This document shows, one piece after another, positions 26,635-42,269 of a stretch of DNA of 64,000 nucleotides (positions are counted from its first letter, which is position 1; each line of letters begins with the position of its first letter). The notes under the pieces are model-generated. The model did no database searches and was not told the DNA's origin. It was given only the letters and a program-made list of their open reading frames with translations. Made by a program: the position numbers and the translations under genes. Source of the stretch: the human T2T-CHM13v2.0 reference genome, Homo sapiens; NCBI RefSeq assembly GCF_009914755.1, contig NC_060927.1; one strand, written 5' to 3'.

Positions 26635-27458
26635 TTTTTCAGTTTTTACTTTAGGTTCAGGGGTACATGTGCCAATTTGTTACATGGGTCGATGGTGTGT
26701 CACTAAGGTTTGTACGAATGGTTCAGTCACCCAGGTAGTGAGCATAGTACCCAATATGTAGTTTTGTAACCTGCATCCCCACAAGTCTTGCATCTTTATA
26801 TCCATGTGTGCTCAATGTTTAGCTACCACTTACAAGTTAGAATATGCAGTATTTGGATTTCTGTTCCTGAATAAATTCACTTAGAATAATGGACTGTAGC
26901 TGCATCCATGTTTCTTTAAAGAACATGATTTCATTTTTTATGGCTGCATAGTATTCTATTGTGTGTATGTACCACATTACTTTTATCCAGTCCACTGGTG
27001 ATGGTCATCCTGGTTGGTTCCATGTCTTTGCTATTGTGAATAGTGCTACAATGAGCATACGATTGCACGTGTCTTTTTGGTTGAATGACTTATTTTTCTT
27101 TGGGTACATAATAGGCAAAGGGCATGAACAGACATTTCATAAAAGAAGACATTTATGCTGCCAACAAATATGTGAAAAAATGATTAACATCACTAGTGAT
27201 TAGGGACTTGCAAATCAAAAACCATATTGAGATTCCATCTCACATCAGTCGGAATGACTATACTAAAAAGTCAAAAAATAACAGACGTTGACATGGTTGT
27301 GGAGAAAAGAGAATGCTTATACACTGTTGGTGAGAATGCAAATGAGTTTAGCTATGATGGATTGCAGTATGGAGATTTCTCAAATAATTTAAAATAGAAC
27401 TGCCATTTGACCCAGCAACTCCATTACTGGGTATATACCCAAGGGAAAATAAATCCTT
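26635..27458 (-). mobile_element. L1PA13-16/L1PB-class 3' end with 5' inversion
   Basis: 26635-27110 is antisense 3'UTR/ORF2 end (ggttcaggggtacatgtgc...); 27111-27458 is an ORF2 C-terminal piece in the opposite orientation. Confidence 0.85.
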
Positions 27459-30400
27459 ATTTATATTTTTACCACCTCTTCTTCACTGTGCTAAAATGTC
27501 AGACAGTTGGAAGTTCCTTGGAATGACTATCTAAATGCCAGACTTCAGAGGCCATTTCTCTGAATGTCAGCAATCGTACCGCAATTGCCCTCCAATTTTC
27601 TGCCTATCTGCCCCGATCAACACTTGAACCTGGAGGGTCAACAATTAGTTGGTAGTTATTCTGAGTGGACATGGAGAGAGAATGGGGGATTATATTTTCT
27701 TTTATTGAGACTTTTAATTAATATTAATTTTAATTCCACTTATCACTCTTAAGATATTCTTTATCTGGGTTTTTTTACACCTTAGTCTATGCAAGTATCC
27801 ACATAGCTAAACTTTCTCAAATGTAGCCATTATTCTGCAAGCAAAAAACAAACAACAGAAAAACGAACAAAAAAAATCTTCTGGATCTTAGCAATTGAAA
27901 CTGCTCTAATTGCTTTTATTTGTATGATATGCTGTAGTTTCATGCATTATTTATTTACCATAATTTTAACGGCTTCTTAAAAGCAAGAGAAAGTTGAAAA
28001 ATGTTTAGGTTTTCATTTTGAGCCAGAAATTCCTTAAGGTGAACAAATTGCCTTGAATTCTCAATGTTAATACAAAATGAGGAAGACAAGGGTAATCGTG
28101 CAAATACTTGATACTTTCCAAGGGCCCAGGGAGAAGGAGAAGTGTTGCAATGCTTTGCTGTTTGGTGAGTCCTTTCTCTGTCTTTATAGGGTGTTCAACT
28201 TTGTTTATAGTAGATGACAATGAATATGAAATTTGTCCTGACAACATTCATTATGCTTAGTTCAGTGCAAGTAATCTTCAGGTTATTTGGCCTAAATCTA
28301 CTCCCAAGTTTTATTTTACTTTTTTGTTAATGTTAATATTTATTATTATTATATTTTGTTGTAGAGGTCCACAGACTAATGCAATCACAGGGAAAATATA
28401 ATAAGGCCTTTGACATTTTTGGAAAATTTCACTGTAGAGATTATTTTTATAGGGCAATTTATACTTTAATCAGAAGCCTATGGAAGTGCCCCATTTCTCT
28501 GCCTCTTCACTAACAGATTATTAGTATTATAATTAGAAACACAACTCTTCATTATAGAGCATAAAAATATACTTTGTTTCTAAAATACTTCAACTTTAAA
28601 GTGAATGAGTCTCACAATCACTACGTTTATTTTATCTAGTATCTTAACAGTAGCAGACTCTTCATGAAGAAAGGAAGTAAATGGACAGGAGCTCTCCACT
28701 CACTATTTCATTATAATGTACTTCTCTGAGCACTAAGAGGCAACCGTGTTAATGTATGGTGTGAATCCATAGGTTTCAGGGAAACTGTGAATCCATAATG
28801 TATCTATTTCACCCATATTTCTCTGTAGTGATTTGACTGAGGATATATACCATGAAGACCTGTGAGTGATTATATATATATATTTTCAATATATATACTT
28901 GTAATTAAAAAAAAACTTCCAAGTCTATTTAATCATTTCATTCAATAAATATTAGGATATTGTTTTTCCCATTTACCACTAACTCTGAAAACTTAACATG
29001 GCTTCTCTTTTTATTAAAATATGATCCCAACCTCTGCTTTACATTCTCGTGATGACTTGACCACAGTATTTTCACCCCATGACTCAAATTGTTATATTTC
29101 CCCTAACAATCTAACAAAAATGCGGATAGAGTTTCTAACCCTCTATTTTAGAAAACATTTTGATAATATGAGCTGTCTTCAGTTAATGTATATTTGTCAT
29201 AGTTCTCAACTTGTTTTTATCTCTTGAAACAAGGTATGTTTTTCCTGTCAGAATCACAGTGGATATTTCAGCACATTGACAGAATTTAAGGAAAAAAATT
29301 TCACTAAAAATAAGCGGAACTATTTTTTAAAGGAAAAGACTCAAATTAATGGTAAAGTTTAACAGGTAGCTCAAGCAGAAGAAGTCATTTACTTGTTCTT
29401 ACAACTTGTAATTAAGTGATGTGCACTCGGGGCAATCAGTTTATTGGAAGACTACAAGAATCATTATGTTCTAGCTTTTCCTCCTCCTACACGAATAATT
29501 AATATTCTGAAACAAAACATTGCAGGACACTCAAATGATGATTTTAAATATTTTCTTATTGTTAAGGAAACTATTCTACCACAAAACTAGTGAACAAAGC
29601 TTGTAATTGAATTGGGTATTTTTCTTTCTATTGTACAGAAGAAAGGCTTATTATTTCCAACTAAAAGATAAATGACATGTATTTCTCACATATCACATCA
29701 TTTGCTTGTAAAACAGGTTTTCCTCTACAATTGACTTATTCTGATGGCATTCCTTGAATATTGACAGTTTTATGCATTCAATATTTATATGCACAGAATA
29801 GTGTTTAATTGACACATGTAATTAGATTTTCCGTCTACAGTTGAGTATAATTTGGCTGTGTATTGCCTAATTCAATGCAGCTTAGACACTGAAAATAATT
29901 TTATGTGGGTAATTATCTAAGTTGTTTAAACCACTGAGCTAATAAGGTGACGTTCAGGTTCATTTAGAAACTATAGTCCCTGACCCCACATAAATGTATG
30001 TTTCCTGTGTGCAAAGATAACAGACAATGGAGAGTACATGTATTTTAAAAATTTGTATTGTCTCCTGGAAACAAAATTCTGACTCAATCTTTTAACAAAA
30101 AGAACAAAAATATCATTTTTAAAGACTGAGAACATAATGGTGACTAATTGTGCCACTCTATATGTTGCTATAGTATAAAAAAATAGTTAATTGAAGATCT
30201 TTCTCCCTTCAGTATTTGTTTTTCCTCATTTCAAGAAAGTAACAGATCCTTTCCTACCACTTTTTTTTGGCAGAAATTTGTGCATTTAGGACACATTCAG
30301 AATGTTTAATTATATTCCTAAAGCTTATGATAGGAAATTTTATTGAAAATATTAAGTTCAATGCTTTCCAGGGGATTAGATGAGAATCCATGGTCTAAGA

Positions 30401-30689
30401 GGAGACCAAAAGGTTTAAGAGAAATTCATAGTTGAATGCATGAGAGATAATAACAGCAAACACACCGTTCATTGGAAGAACTTAAATAGATTAAAAAAAC
30501 AATGCAGTTGAGGAATCTGCATGAGACACCTTGTGAGACTGGAATCTGGGCACTCTGTGCTGAGCGTTGGCCCATATTTTCTTTACTTTGCCAAACATGA
30601 GAACAACAGAACTGATAGATGTGGAGAGTCGCCTGGCTTCTACAACATTCATCTAAGTAGCAGCCATGAAAGAATTGAATCAGAAGTCT

Positions 30690-31100
30690 TTTGCTTCATT
30701 AAAAAATATATTGAGTCCTTACCATGCATTACAACAGTAAGAAAGATGAACACCAATTTTCTGCTGTCATCCTATAGGGCTGAGGGCAGACAATAAATCA
30801 ATCAGTAAACTATGTAATGTATTAGAAAATTATAAATCCTGTGAAGGAGAAAGGTAAAAGAGTAATAAGGAAGATGGGGGTTGGAGATCAGCACTTTAAG
30901 AGATTGGTAGGAGAAAGTTTCTCTAAGGTAACACATGAACAAATAATTCAAGGAGGTGAGATGGGCACAGAGACCAAGTGCAAAAACACTTGATTGGGGG
31001 CTTCTCTGTAAATTTGAGGAATAGATAGGAGGCCTGCATGTCAGGACCTAAGTAAGTAAGGACAGAGTGATAGAAGATAAGGTTGGGCAGGTAATTCAGT
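30690..31100 (-). mobile_element. L2 LINE 3' part
   Basis: ttcattaaaaaatatattgagtccttaccatg...gggcagacaataaatcaa...ggaggcctgcatgtcagga. Confidence 0.65.
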
Positions 31101-31485
31101 GTCAATTTGTCTGCCGATTCGCTGATTTTTCACCAGATACTGTTGTAACCCTTGAAAAGAATCATGGCCGCTATGGTGACTGACATTGAATTTTAAGATA
31201 GCCTCAAAGGGTACTTGGAGTCTTGTTGAATTTAATTGGGGATATAAGATGGGGCTATCAATGCTTTGGGGAAAAAATTGTTATGCGCACTGTTAATATC
31301 CACTGTACATGCCTTCCTGCTGGTATATCCCTATACACTCCTCTCAAGAAGTAATTATATCCTTAATTGAGTGTTAATCATTGCTTTATATTTTAAAATA
31401 TAGTATGTTGATATATGTAGCTATAATGTATTCATTTTCATTGCTCCCTTGGAATCAATTTTCTGAACATAACTCAGGTTATTTA

Positions 31486-31536
31486 CCCATACCCCCATTG
31501 AGCCCATAGCCCCATTGAGCCCATACCCCCATTGAG
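31486..31536. repeat. Three tandem copies of a 17-bp unit (cccatacccccattgag)
   Basis: Units start at 31486, 31503 (1 mismatch) and 31520. Confidence 0.95.
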
Positions 31537-31771
31537 GAACATTGTTATTATGTCCATTTTTTCTCCAATGTAAATGATGCTGATATGAACATTTTTGCAT
31601 CTTTGTATTATCTCCTTATTCAAATTTTAAAGCATTTCTTAAAGGTATATATCTAACAATGTTGTGGGTCATAAAACAGGTGCATTTTAAAACTTTCTAA
31701 ATCAAGTTACATTTCTCTCTATATTTGCTACACTGATATCATCCACATTCTAGGATAAAGTCATTTTTTCT

Positions 31772-31955
31772 AGGCAGTGGTTCCCAATAGTTTTAAGATT
31801 GCAATTGGAGCAGGTAATATTTACAATTTTCCTGACTGTCCTGTGTATTACTGAAAATTCACTGCACGTTCTTGACCACTAAATGCCTTCCAGACCTCCA
31901 GTATGTCATTTAAAAAACCCAGAAGTAAGCCTTCTCCTTCACATTTCTAAACCTT
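31772..31955. mobile_element. MER20-like hAT MITE remnant
   Basis: cagtggttcccaa...gactgtcctgtgtatta...ccactaaatgcc...acatttctaaa. Confidence 0.5.
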
Positions 31956-33702
31956 TGGCAATAGTTGGTATTTTAACTTATTTTTAAATATTTCCTATCT
32001 TTTCGTGGAGATTCTACATGCCCATCTAATGAATGTGTATTGCGTTTATCTGGAATTCCTTTGTATTTTTTTAATCAGTATACTCCATGCCTCTGGAATC
32101 TAATTCATCCCATAATGTGTGGTGAACACACGGGTTGGCTATATTTTGAGAAATTTCCCAGAATATTTTAAATATAGGTTCCTTCTAATTAATTCCTGGT
32201 TTATCAATTTGCTCATTTCCTCTGTTGCTCTTTTGGTTGAGATCATATATATATTTCTGTGGGATACTTGTGTTTATCAATTTTCTTTTGTCCATTCTTA
32301 AATTACTTTTGATGAGGATTACCTATTTATTGAATCATTTGCACATATTCAACATCAAATTTAAGTCAAATATCACTTTTTAAATGGATTTTGTAACGAT
32401 TGTAGAAAGAAGGTTTATTTTGTCTTTGTTTTATGTGTTGTCCTTCGTAGTGACTGCTAAATTTTTATGTCAAATAAAATCTAAAGCATTGTGCCAGGTA
32501 ATTTTACGTTTCTTAGAGAGTTAGATAAGAGGAAATAGAATCCACATTCAAGTTATACAGGATGATAAAGTAGTCAGAATGCCCTAAAATAGCTTTCTTA
32601 AATTTGTCAGTTATCTGAAGAAAATAGATCTTTCAAGAGCCATTTAAATATTCAAGACTGAATCTGACTTGGAAAGATTGGTGTTAGTCTATTCAGGATG
32701 GTAACTATTTTATATATGTTGTAATTTTAGAAGGGTTCAAAATCAGAAAAGTTTAAAGTAAATTAATAAAAAACTGTTCAATCAGATGTGATTGAGATGA
32801 TGATTTGAGAAAAGGAGAAGGTCAAGGAATAGATAGACCTGGAGAAGCTGGTTAAATCACACTTTCAGAATCATTACATAGAAGAAATTACGATTACTCT
32901 AAAATGGGGTTAGTAAAGTTGGGATCCTTACATTTTTTAACTTGCTTTACTTTCCTTCTAATAACTGTGTAAAAATAAATTTCAATGAATAAAGAGAATG
33001 CACCTTAATAACATGTTCCAGAAAACCCCTATCATTATATCCAGAATTGTTCTACTTTTAATGCCAATGTAGTGTCAGGAACTGAGATTAAAAAAAAAAA
33101 CACTCTACTGTGGAAATTTTAATGAACATTTATAGACAAGTATTAGTCTTAGCAGGATTCTGGTTTCAGATACTCCCTGCTACTGTAGTCAATATATTAT
33201 TATGGTAGCTGCTTGCTGAATGTCATATGCTTATTTCATGCCATCATTTTCTTCCCTAGTTATTTATTGGGAGGTTTTGCCAGAGCATGAGTTATATTCA
33301 TTACTCTGAAAACTAGATGGGTTTGAAACCATTTGACAAACAGAACTTTATATAAATTAACACATAGTAAAATAATTATCAATTTTCCTTAGATAACGAT
33401 TTTAATAAGAGAGGAATTGTTAAAGCAAGAGATAGAATCAACAATATCAGTCAATTAGAGTTTAAAAAGTCTAGTTTAATTTTCTGTTATTTTGTTTAAA
33501 AATTTAAGTTTATCATTGACATATATTTAGCTAGTTCTGTGATAATAATGGTATATATTTTCCAATATGTTATATTTTCTGTGCATAAAATCTTTTGTTT
33601 GTGAATCTCAACATTTTTATAATAAAACATTTATGTATATAAAGAAATGTAATAATCTTAACTTTATGACTATTTTAAAACTATTTTCATAAAATGCACA
33701 GG

Positions 33703-33840
33703 AACAAATCACAAACTTACTGTATTATATTTCTCATGGTCAGAAGTTTGAAATAAATTTTATTAGGCTAAAATCAAGGTGTCACCAGGGCTGCATTCTT
33801 TCTATAGAGTCCATTGGAGAACCTGTTTGCTTGCCTTTGA
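33703..33840 (-). mobile_element. MLT1D-like LTR fragment
   Basis: ggtcagaagtttgaaat...ggctaaaatcaaggtgtcaccagggctgcattc...ggagaacctgtttgcttgcctt. Confidence 0.7.
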
Positions 33841-33875
33841 ATTATTTTACCATTGTTTTTTAAGACTGTATTTTT

Positions 33876-34078
33876 TATTTTAAATAAGAGATGGAGTCTC
33901 ACTCTATTATCCAGTCTGGAGTACAATTGCATGATCATAGCTCACTAGAGCTTCAAACTCCTTGGATCAAGTGATCCTCTCACCTCAGCCTCCCTGTGCC
34001 TACATGTGTGTGCCACCATGCCCAGCTAACTTTTATTTATTTTTATTAGATATGGTGTCTTGCTATGTTGCCCAGGTG
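33876..34078 (-). mobile_element. 5'-truncated AluJ in an old L1MC 3' end
   Basis: atgatcatagctcact...gtgatcctc AluJ diagnostics; 14-bp TSD aagactgtattttt at 33862 and 34079. Confidence 0.9.
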
Positions 34079-34869
34079 AAGACTGTATTTTTAGAGCAGT
34101 TTTAGATTTACAGCAACATTAAGAAGGAAGTACAGAGATTTTTTATGAATCCCCTGCAACTGTTTTCTTTTATTTTACTAAAGACTGGCCTGTAATTTCT
34201 GTTTTAAATCACTGGTTATCTTCAACTTGGAAAATTTTTTCAGTTGCTATTCTGATGAAATTAGTTCTTCCAGTGTATGACATTGTGGTTGATGTTACGT
34301 TTTCTTTGATTCAAATTCAAGGTGTCAGAGATGGGGTAAAATGGTGAAATAGAAGGCTCTACCAGTTACCCCCAACTACCCACAAGGACAAAATTTAACA
34401 AATATGTACACAAGAAAAGCACCTTCATAAGAAGTAAAAATCAGTTAAGCCCTCACAGTACCTGGTTTTGAATTCACATCGCTGAAAGAAGCACTGAATA
34501 GGTAAGAAAAACAGTATTGAATCGCTGACATCACCTGTCCCCCTGCAATCAGCCACCCACAAAGGGACCATATAAAATAGCCCTGGCCATAGTGGAACTG
34601 CCAATAATAGCAGTAGAAATTGAGTTACCACAAGCCTTGCCACCACAGGCTACAGTGCCCTGGGGCCCTAATAAACTTAAAAGGCTGTCTAAGCTACAAG
34701 GTCTGCAACTTTTGCACAAGTCCTACTGCTGAATTGTGCTCAGAGACAGTAGACACGGGGGAATAGGTGATCTACTGCGACACCAGCTGGAGCAGCTAAT
34801 GGAGTATTGGCATCATTCCTCCCTTAACATGAGGCTGCATAGTTTATGATTCCAAAAGAGACTACTTCT

Positions 34870-35250
<381 letters not shown>

Positions 35251-36622
35251 TCAGCCACAGAAGGACAGGGCATCTGGGCATCTATCACAGTCATGAGACA
35301 TTCTTTCCAAGCCCTACCTCCTAGACGACATTTCTATGAACACACCCTTAGGCAGAAAGAAATCTGCTGCCTTGAAGAGAAAGACCCAGTCTCAGCAGGA
35401 TTTATCACATTCTAACTGAAGAGCCCCTTGGCCCTGAATGAGCAGTGACACCAGGTACTATGTCAAGGGCTTTGGGTGAGGCTCTGAGACTTTCTGGCCT
35501 CAGAAGAGGCTTAGCACATTCCCAGATATGGTGGCTATTTGGTGAGACAGTTTCTGCTTGAGAAAAGTAGAGGAAAAAGTAAAGGGGACTTTGTCTTGAA
35601 CTTTAGGTACCTGCTCAACCACAGGGAGATAGAGCACCAAGAAAGCACTTGGGGTCCCTAATTCCAGGACATGGCTTTTGGATGCCATTGATGTACCTGC
35701 CCAGGGCCAGAAGGGAACCTATTGCCTAGCAGGGTGAGTCAGGGTGATTCCCAGTCCAGGCAGCATTTATAATGTGTTTATCCAAGTGCCCCAGAGCCTT
35801 AAAAGGATATCAGCAGTAGTCTGGCAGCACTGTCCTTGGACCTGTGGTGGCAGTGGCCACAGGATGGGGTTCCTTTGTCTTTGGAAAAGGAAAGAAATTG
35901 TGGGAATGACTGCTTCTTGTGGTTTGAGAGCCAGTTCAACCTTAATACAATAGAATTCCAGGGAGACTTCTAAGGTTTTGACCCTAGTCCCTGACTTCCA
36001 GATGGCATTTCTGGACCCACTCAGGGCCTGGGGGACCTCACTGCCTTGAAGGGAAAAACACAGGCCTGGCTAGCTTTGCCACTTGGTAAGTGTAGTGGAA
36101 GAGAACAAAAGTATCTCCCTGGTAATCTAGAGAATCATCACAGATTTTGTCCAACACCATCAAGCCAGTACCTATACAAGTTTGCAAGAACCACATTATT
36201 ACTGGGCTTGGTTCCATATCTTTAAAGCAGGTACAGCTTAGATCACAACACCAAGTCCTTGTGAATATCTGGAAAGCCTTTTCAAGAAGTACAGGTACCC
36301 AGACAGTGACAACTATATGCCTAACTCTTCAATGCCCGGAAGAAGACAAACATCTACAAGTATCAATACATTCCAGAAAAAAAAAAAAAACCAACCTTAG
36401 CAGATGAACTAAATAAAGCACCAGAGACCAATCCTGGAGAAACAGAGGTATGTGATCATTGAAACAGAGAGTTCAAAGTAGCTGTTTTGAGGAAACTCAA
36501 ATAAATTCAAGATATCACAGAGAAGAAATTCTGAATTGTATCAGATAAATTTCACAAAGATATTGAAATAATTAAAAAGCAAGTAGAAATTCTGGAGATA
36601 AAAAATGCAGTTACTGTACTGA

Positions 36623-36903
<281 letters not shown>

Positions 36904-39735
36904 GGAATGTTTAAATAGCAGAATCAATCAAGCAAAAGAAAGAGTTAGTGAGCTTGAAGAAAGGCTATTTGAAAATACATAGTCAGAGGAGACAAAAGAA
37001 GAAAAAGCCAGTGAAACCTACCTGTGGAATCTAAATAATAGCCTCAAAAAGGGCAAATCTGAGACTTGTTGGCCTAATAAGAGAGTTAGGAAAGGAGAAG
37101 GGGTAGAAAGTTTATTCAAAACGATAAAAACAGGAAATTTTTAAAACCTAGAGAAAGTTACTAATACCCAAGTACAAGAAGGTTATAGAACACCAAGCAG
37201 GTTTAACCTAAAAAAGACTACCTCCAGATATTTAATAATCAAATTACCAAGGATCAATGACAAGGAAGGACTCTTAAAGCAGCAAGAGAAAATACATAAA
37301 TGACGTACAATGGAACTCCAACACATCTGGGAGCATACTTTTCAGTAGAAAGTTTATGGGCCAGGAGAGAGTGGCATGACATATTTAAAGAGCTGAAGGA
37401 AAATAACTTTTACCCTAGAATATATATCTAGTGAAAATATCCTTTATACATAAACAAAAGCTTAGTGATTTCATTGACACTAGATCTGTCCTACACTATA
37501 TACTAAAAGGAGTGCTTCAATCAGAAACAAAATGCTGTTAATGAATAATAAGTAATCGTGTGAAGATAGAAAACTCACTGGTAATAGAAAGTACACAGAG
37601 AAACACAGAATATTATAACTGTGGTGTGTAAACTATTCTTATCCTAAGTAGAAAGACTAAATGAAGAATCAGTCAAAAATAGTAATGATGACAACTTTTC
37701 AAGACATAGTATAATAAGATAAAATAGAAACAAGAAAAAGTCAAAAAGTGGAGGGATGAAGTTAAGGAATTGAGTTTGTATTAGTTTTCTTTTTGCTTGG
37801 TTGTTTACTTGTTCATATAGACAAATAAACAGTTTTTTATATCAAGAAGATATAACAGTTTTAAATATATGTGCACCTAATGCTGGAGCACCCAGATATA
37901 CAAGGCAAATACTATTAGAACTGAAGAGAGAGAGAAGTCCCAATACAATATTCACTGGAGACCTCAACACTTTCAGCATTGGACAGATCTTCCAGACAGA
38001 AAATCAAAAAAGAAACATCAGCTTTAATCTGCATTATAGACCAAATGGATCTAATAGATGTTTATAGGACATTTCATCTAAGTGCTTCAGAATACACATT
38101 CTTTTCATCAGCACAGGGAACATTCTTGAGGAAAGACCATATATTAAGTCACAAAAAAAAGTCTTAAAAAATTCAAGAAACTGAAATAGTAACAAGCATA
38201 TTTTCTGATCAAAATGGAATAAACCTGAAAATCAATATCGAGGATTTTTTGAAAATATATGAATACATGTAAATTAAACAATACACTCCTGAATGACCGG
38301 TGGGTCAATGAAGAAATTAAGTAAATTGAAAAATTTCTTGAAATATGTGGTAATGAAAACACATACTCAAATTTATGGGATACAGCAAAAGCAGTACTAA
38401 GAGGGAAGCTTATAGATATAAGCGCCTATCTCAATAATGGAGAATAACTTCAATCTGACAATGCATCTAAATTTCAGAGCAGAAATAAAAAGTATTTTTG
38501 AAATGAAGAAAATAAAAAAGACAAATGAGAAAAAGTTGGTTTTCAGCAAAATTAAACAAAATTGAGAAACTTTCAGCTAGACAAATTTAAACAAAAAAGA
38601 GAGAAGATCCAAGTAAAGAAAACCAGAGGCCAAAAAGGAGACATTAAAACTGACACTATAGAAATTTAAAAGACCACTAGTGGCTACTTTGTGTGACTAT
38701 ATGCCAACAAATTGGAAAATCTTCAAGAAATGGACAAATTTGTAGATACATATAACCTACCTAGATTAAACCAGAAAGAAATCCAAAACCTGAACAGAGC
38801 AAGTAAAGAGATCAAAGCCACTATAAAAAGTCTTCCAGTAAAGAAAAGCCTGGGACCTGATGGCTTCACTAGTATATTTTACCAAACATTTAAAGAACGA
38901 ATACCAATCCTACTTAAAGTATTTTAAAAAATAGAGGAGAAGGGAATACTTCCAAACTCATTCTATGAGTCCAGTACTACCCTGATATCAAAACCAGACA
39001 AAGTCTCATCAAAGAGAAAACAACAGGCCAATATCTCTGATGAATACTGATTCAAAGATCTTCAACAAAATACTAGCAAACCAAATTCAACAATACCTTA
39101 AATATATTAGTCATCATGACCAAATGAGATTTACCCCTGGGATGCAAGGATGATTCAACATATGCAAACCAATCCATGTAACACATCGTGTCAAGGGACT
39201 GAAGGACAAAAATTATGTAATCATTACAATTGATGCTGAAAAGCAATTGATAAGGTTTCACATTCCTTAAAGATAAAATACTTAAAAATGGGCATGAAAG
39301 AAACATAACTCAACACAGTAAAAGCCATATATTACAGACCCACAGTTAGTAACATGCTAAAGGAGAAAAACTAAAAGCCTTTCTTCTAAAATCTGGAACA
39401 TGACAAGGATGCCTACTGTCACCACTGTTATTCCACATAGTACTGTAAGGGCTAGCTAGAACAATCAGACAAGAGAAAAAATACAAAGAACATTCCAATT
39501 AGAAATCAAGAAGTCAAATTACCCATGTTTATAGATGATGTGATCTCATATTTGGAAAAACCTAAAAACTTGACAAGAAAACTACTAGAAATGATAACTT
39601 CAATAAAGTTGCAGGGTACAAAATCAACATACAAAAATCATTAGCAATTCTATATGCTGACAGTGAGCAATCTGAAAAAGAAAGAAAGAAGTAGTCCCAT
39701 TTACAGTAGACATGAATAAAATTAAGTATCTAGGA

Positions 39736-40050
<315 letters not shown>

Positions 40051-41918
40051 TTATATATATAGAAATGAAGTAACAAAAGGTGAAATATCTCTATAATAAA
40101 AACCATTAAACACTGATTAAGTAAATTAAAGAGGACACCAAAAAATCAAAAGCTAGTACATGTTCATAAATTGGAATTATCACTATGGTTAAAATGTTCT
40201 TACTACCCTAAGCAATCTACAGATTCAATGCAATCCCTATCAGAGTACCAAAGACATTCTTCACAGAAATAAAAAAAAAGTCCTAAAATGTGTATGAAAC
40301 CACAAAAAGACTCAGAATGGTCAAACCTCTCCTAAGCAAAAAGAACAAAACTTGAGGAATCACATTACCTGACTTCAAATTATACTACAGCTCTATAGTA
40401 ACCAAAACAGCATGGTACTGGAATATAAACAAATAGACCAATGGAACAGAATAGAGAACCCCTAAACAAATTTAGACACCTTCTTTGACAAAGGTGCCAA
40501 GAACATATACTGGTTAAAAGACAGTCTCTTCAATAAATGGTGCTGGGAAAACTGGATATCCATATGCAGAGGAATGAATCTAGACCCCTATCTCTTGCTA
40601 TATACAAAAATCAAATCAAACTGGATTAAATACATAAGTCTAAGACTCAAACCATAAAACTACTAAACTTAAATGTTTGGAAATATATCTCCAGGACATT
40701 GGTCTGGGCAAAACTCCAGCATAATACCCCACAAGCACAGGCAACCAAGGCAAACATGGACAAATGGGATCACATCAAGTTAAAAAGTTTCTGCACAGCA
40801 AAGAAAACAATCAACAAAATAAAGAGACAATGCACAGAATAGGAAAAATATTTGCAAACTACCCATCTGACAAGGGATTAATATCCAGAATATATAAGGA
40901 GCTCACACAACTCTATAGAAAAAAAAATCTAATTATCTAATCAAAAGATGGGCAAAAGATTTGGATAGATATTTCTCAAAAGACAACAGAAAAATGGCAA
41001 GCAGGTTTATGAAAAGGTGCTTAACATCACTGATTATCAGAGAAATGCAAATCAAAACTACAAGAAAATATTCTTTCACCCCAGTTAAAATGGCTTATAA
41101 GTAAATAACAATGTCTTATATCCATTGTATTTGGTGATATGGCTTATATCCAGGCAATAACAAATGCTGACAAGGATATGGAGAAAAGGGAACCCTCTAA
41201 AATTGTTGGTGATATGTAAGTTAGTACAACAGTATGGAGAACCGTTTGAAGCTTCCCCAAAAACCTGAAAATTGAGCTACCATATGATCCAACAATTCCA
41301 CTGCTGAGTATAGGCACGAAAGCAAATCAGTATGTCAAAGAGATGTCTACACTCCTATGTTTGTTGTAGCACTGTTCACAGTTACCAAGATTTGGAAGCA
41401 ACTTAAGGGTCCATCAATAGAGCAATTGCTAAAGAAAATGTGGTAAATATATACAATGGAGTTCTGTTTAGTCATAGGGAGGAATGAGATTCTGTCATTT
41501 ACAACCACATAGATTGAACTGGACATCATTAATATTAAGCAAAAAAAGTCAGGCACAGAAAGACAAACATCCCATGTTCTCACTTATTTGTGGGATCAAA
41601 ATATCAAAACAATTGAACTCATGGACCTAGAAAGTAGAAGGATGGTTACCAGAGGCTGGAAAGGGAAGTGGGTGCGGAGGTGGGAAAGGTTAATGGGTAC
41701 CTCCCCAAAAATAGTTAGAAAGAATTAATAAGATCTACTATTTATAGCACAACAAGGTGAATATAGTCAGTAATAATGTAACTGTGCATTCTAAAATAAC
41801 TAAAAGAGTATAATTAGATTGTAACAGAAAGATAAATGTTTGAGGGGATAGACATCCCATTCTCCATGATGTAATCATTATGCATTGCATGCCTGTATCA
41901 AAATATTTTATATACCCC

Positions 41919-42191
41919 AGCCGGGTGCGGTGGCTCACATCTGTAATCCCAGCACTTTGGAAGGCTGAGAGGGGTGGATGACGAGGTCAGGAGTTCAAGA
42001 GCAGCCTAGCCAAGAGGCTGAAACCCCATCTCTACTAAAAATACAAAAATTAGCCAGGCGTGGTGGCACACACCTGTATTTGGGAGGCTGAGGCAAGAGA
42101 ATTGCTTGAACCTGGGCAGTGCCAGAGGTTGCAGTGAGCCGAGATCATGCCACTGAATTCCAGCCTGTGTGACAGAACAAGACTCTGTCTC

Positions 42192-42238
<47 letters not shown>

Positions 42239-42269
42239 TACACACACACGCATATATATACACATATAT
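41919..42269 (+). mobile_element. AluS with tail expanded into (TA)n(CA)n
   Basis: Alu body with a small internal deletion; TSD atatacccca at 41910 and 42270. Confidence 0.93.

Noticed and set aside
28761-28797. gtgaatccata repeated twice
   Set aside because: An 11-bp local duplication with no further structure
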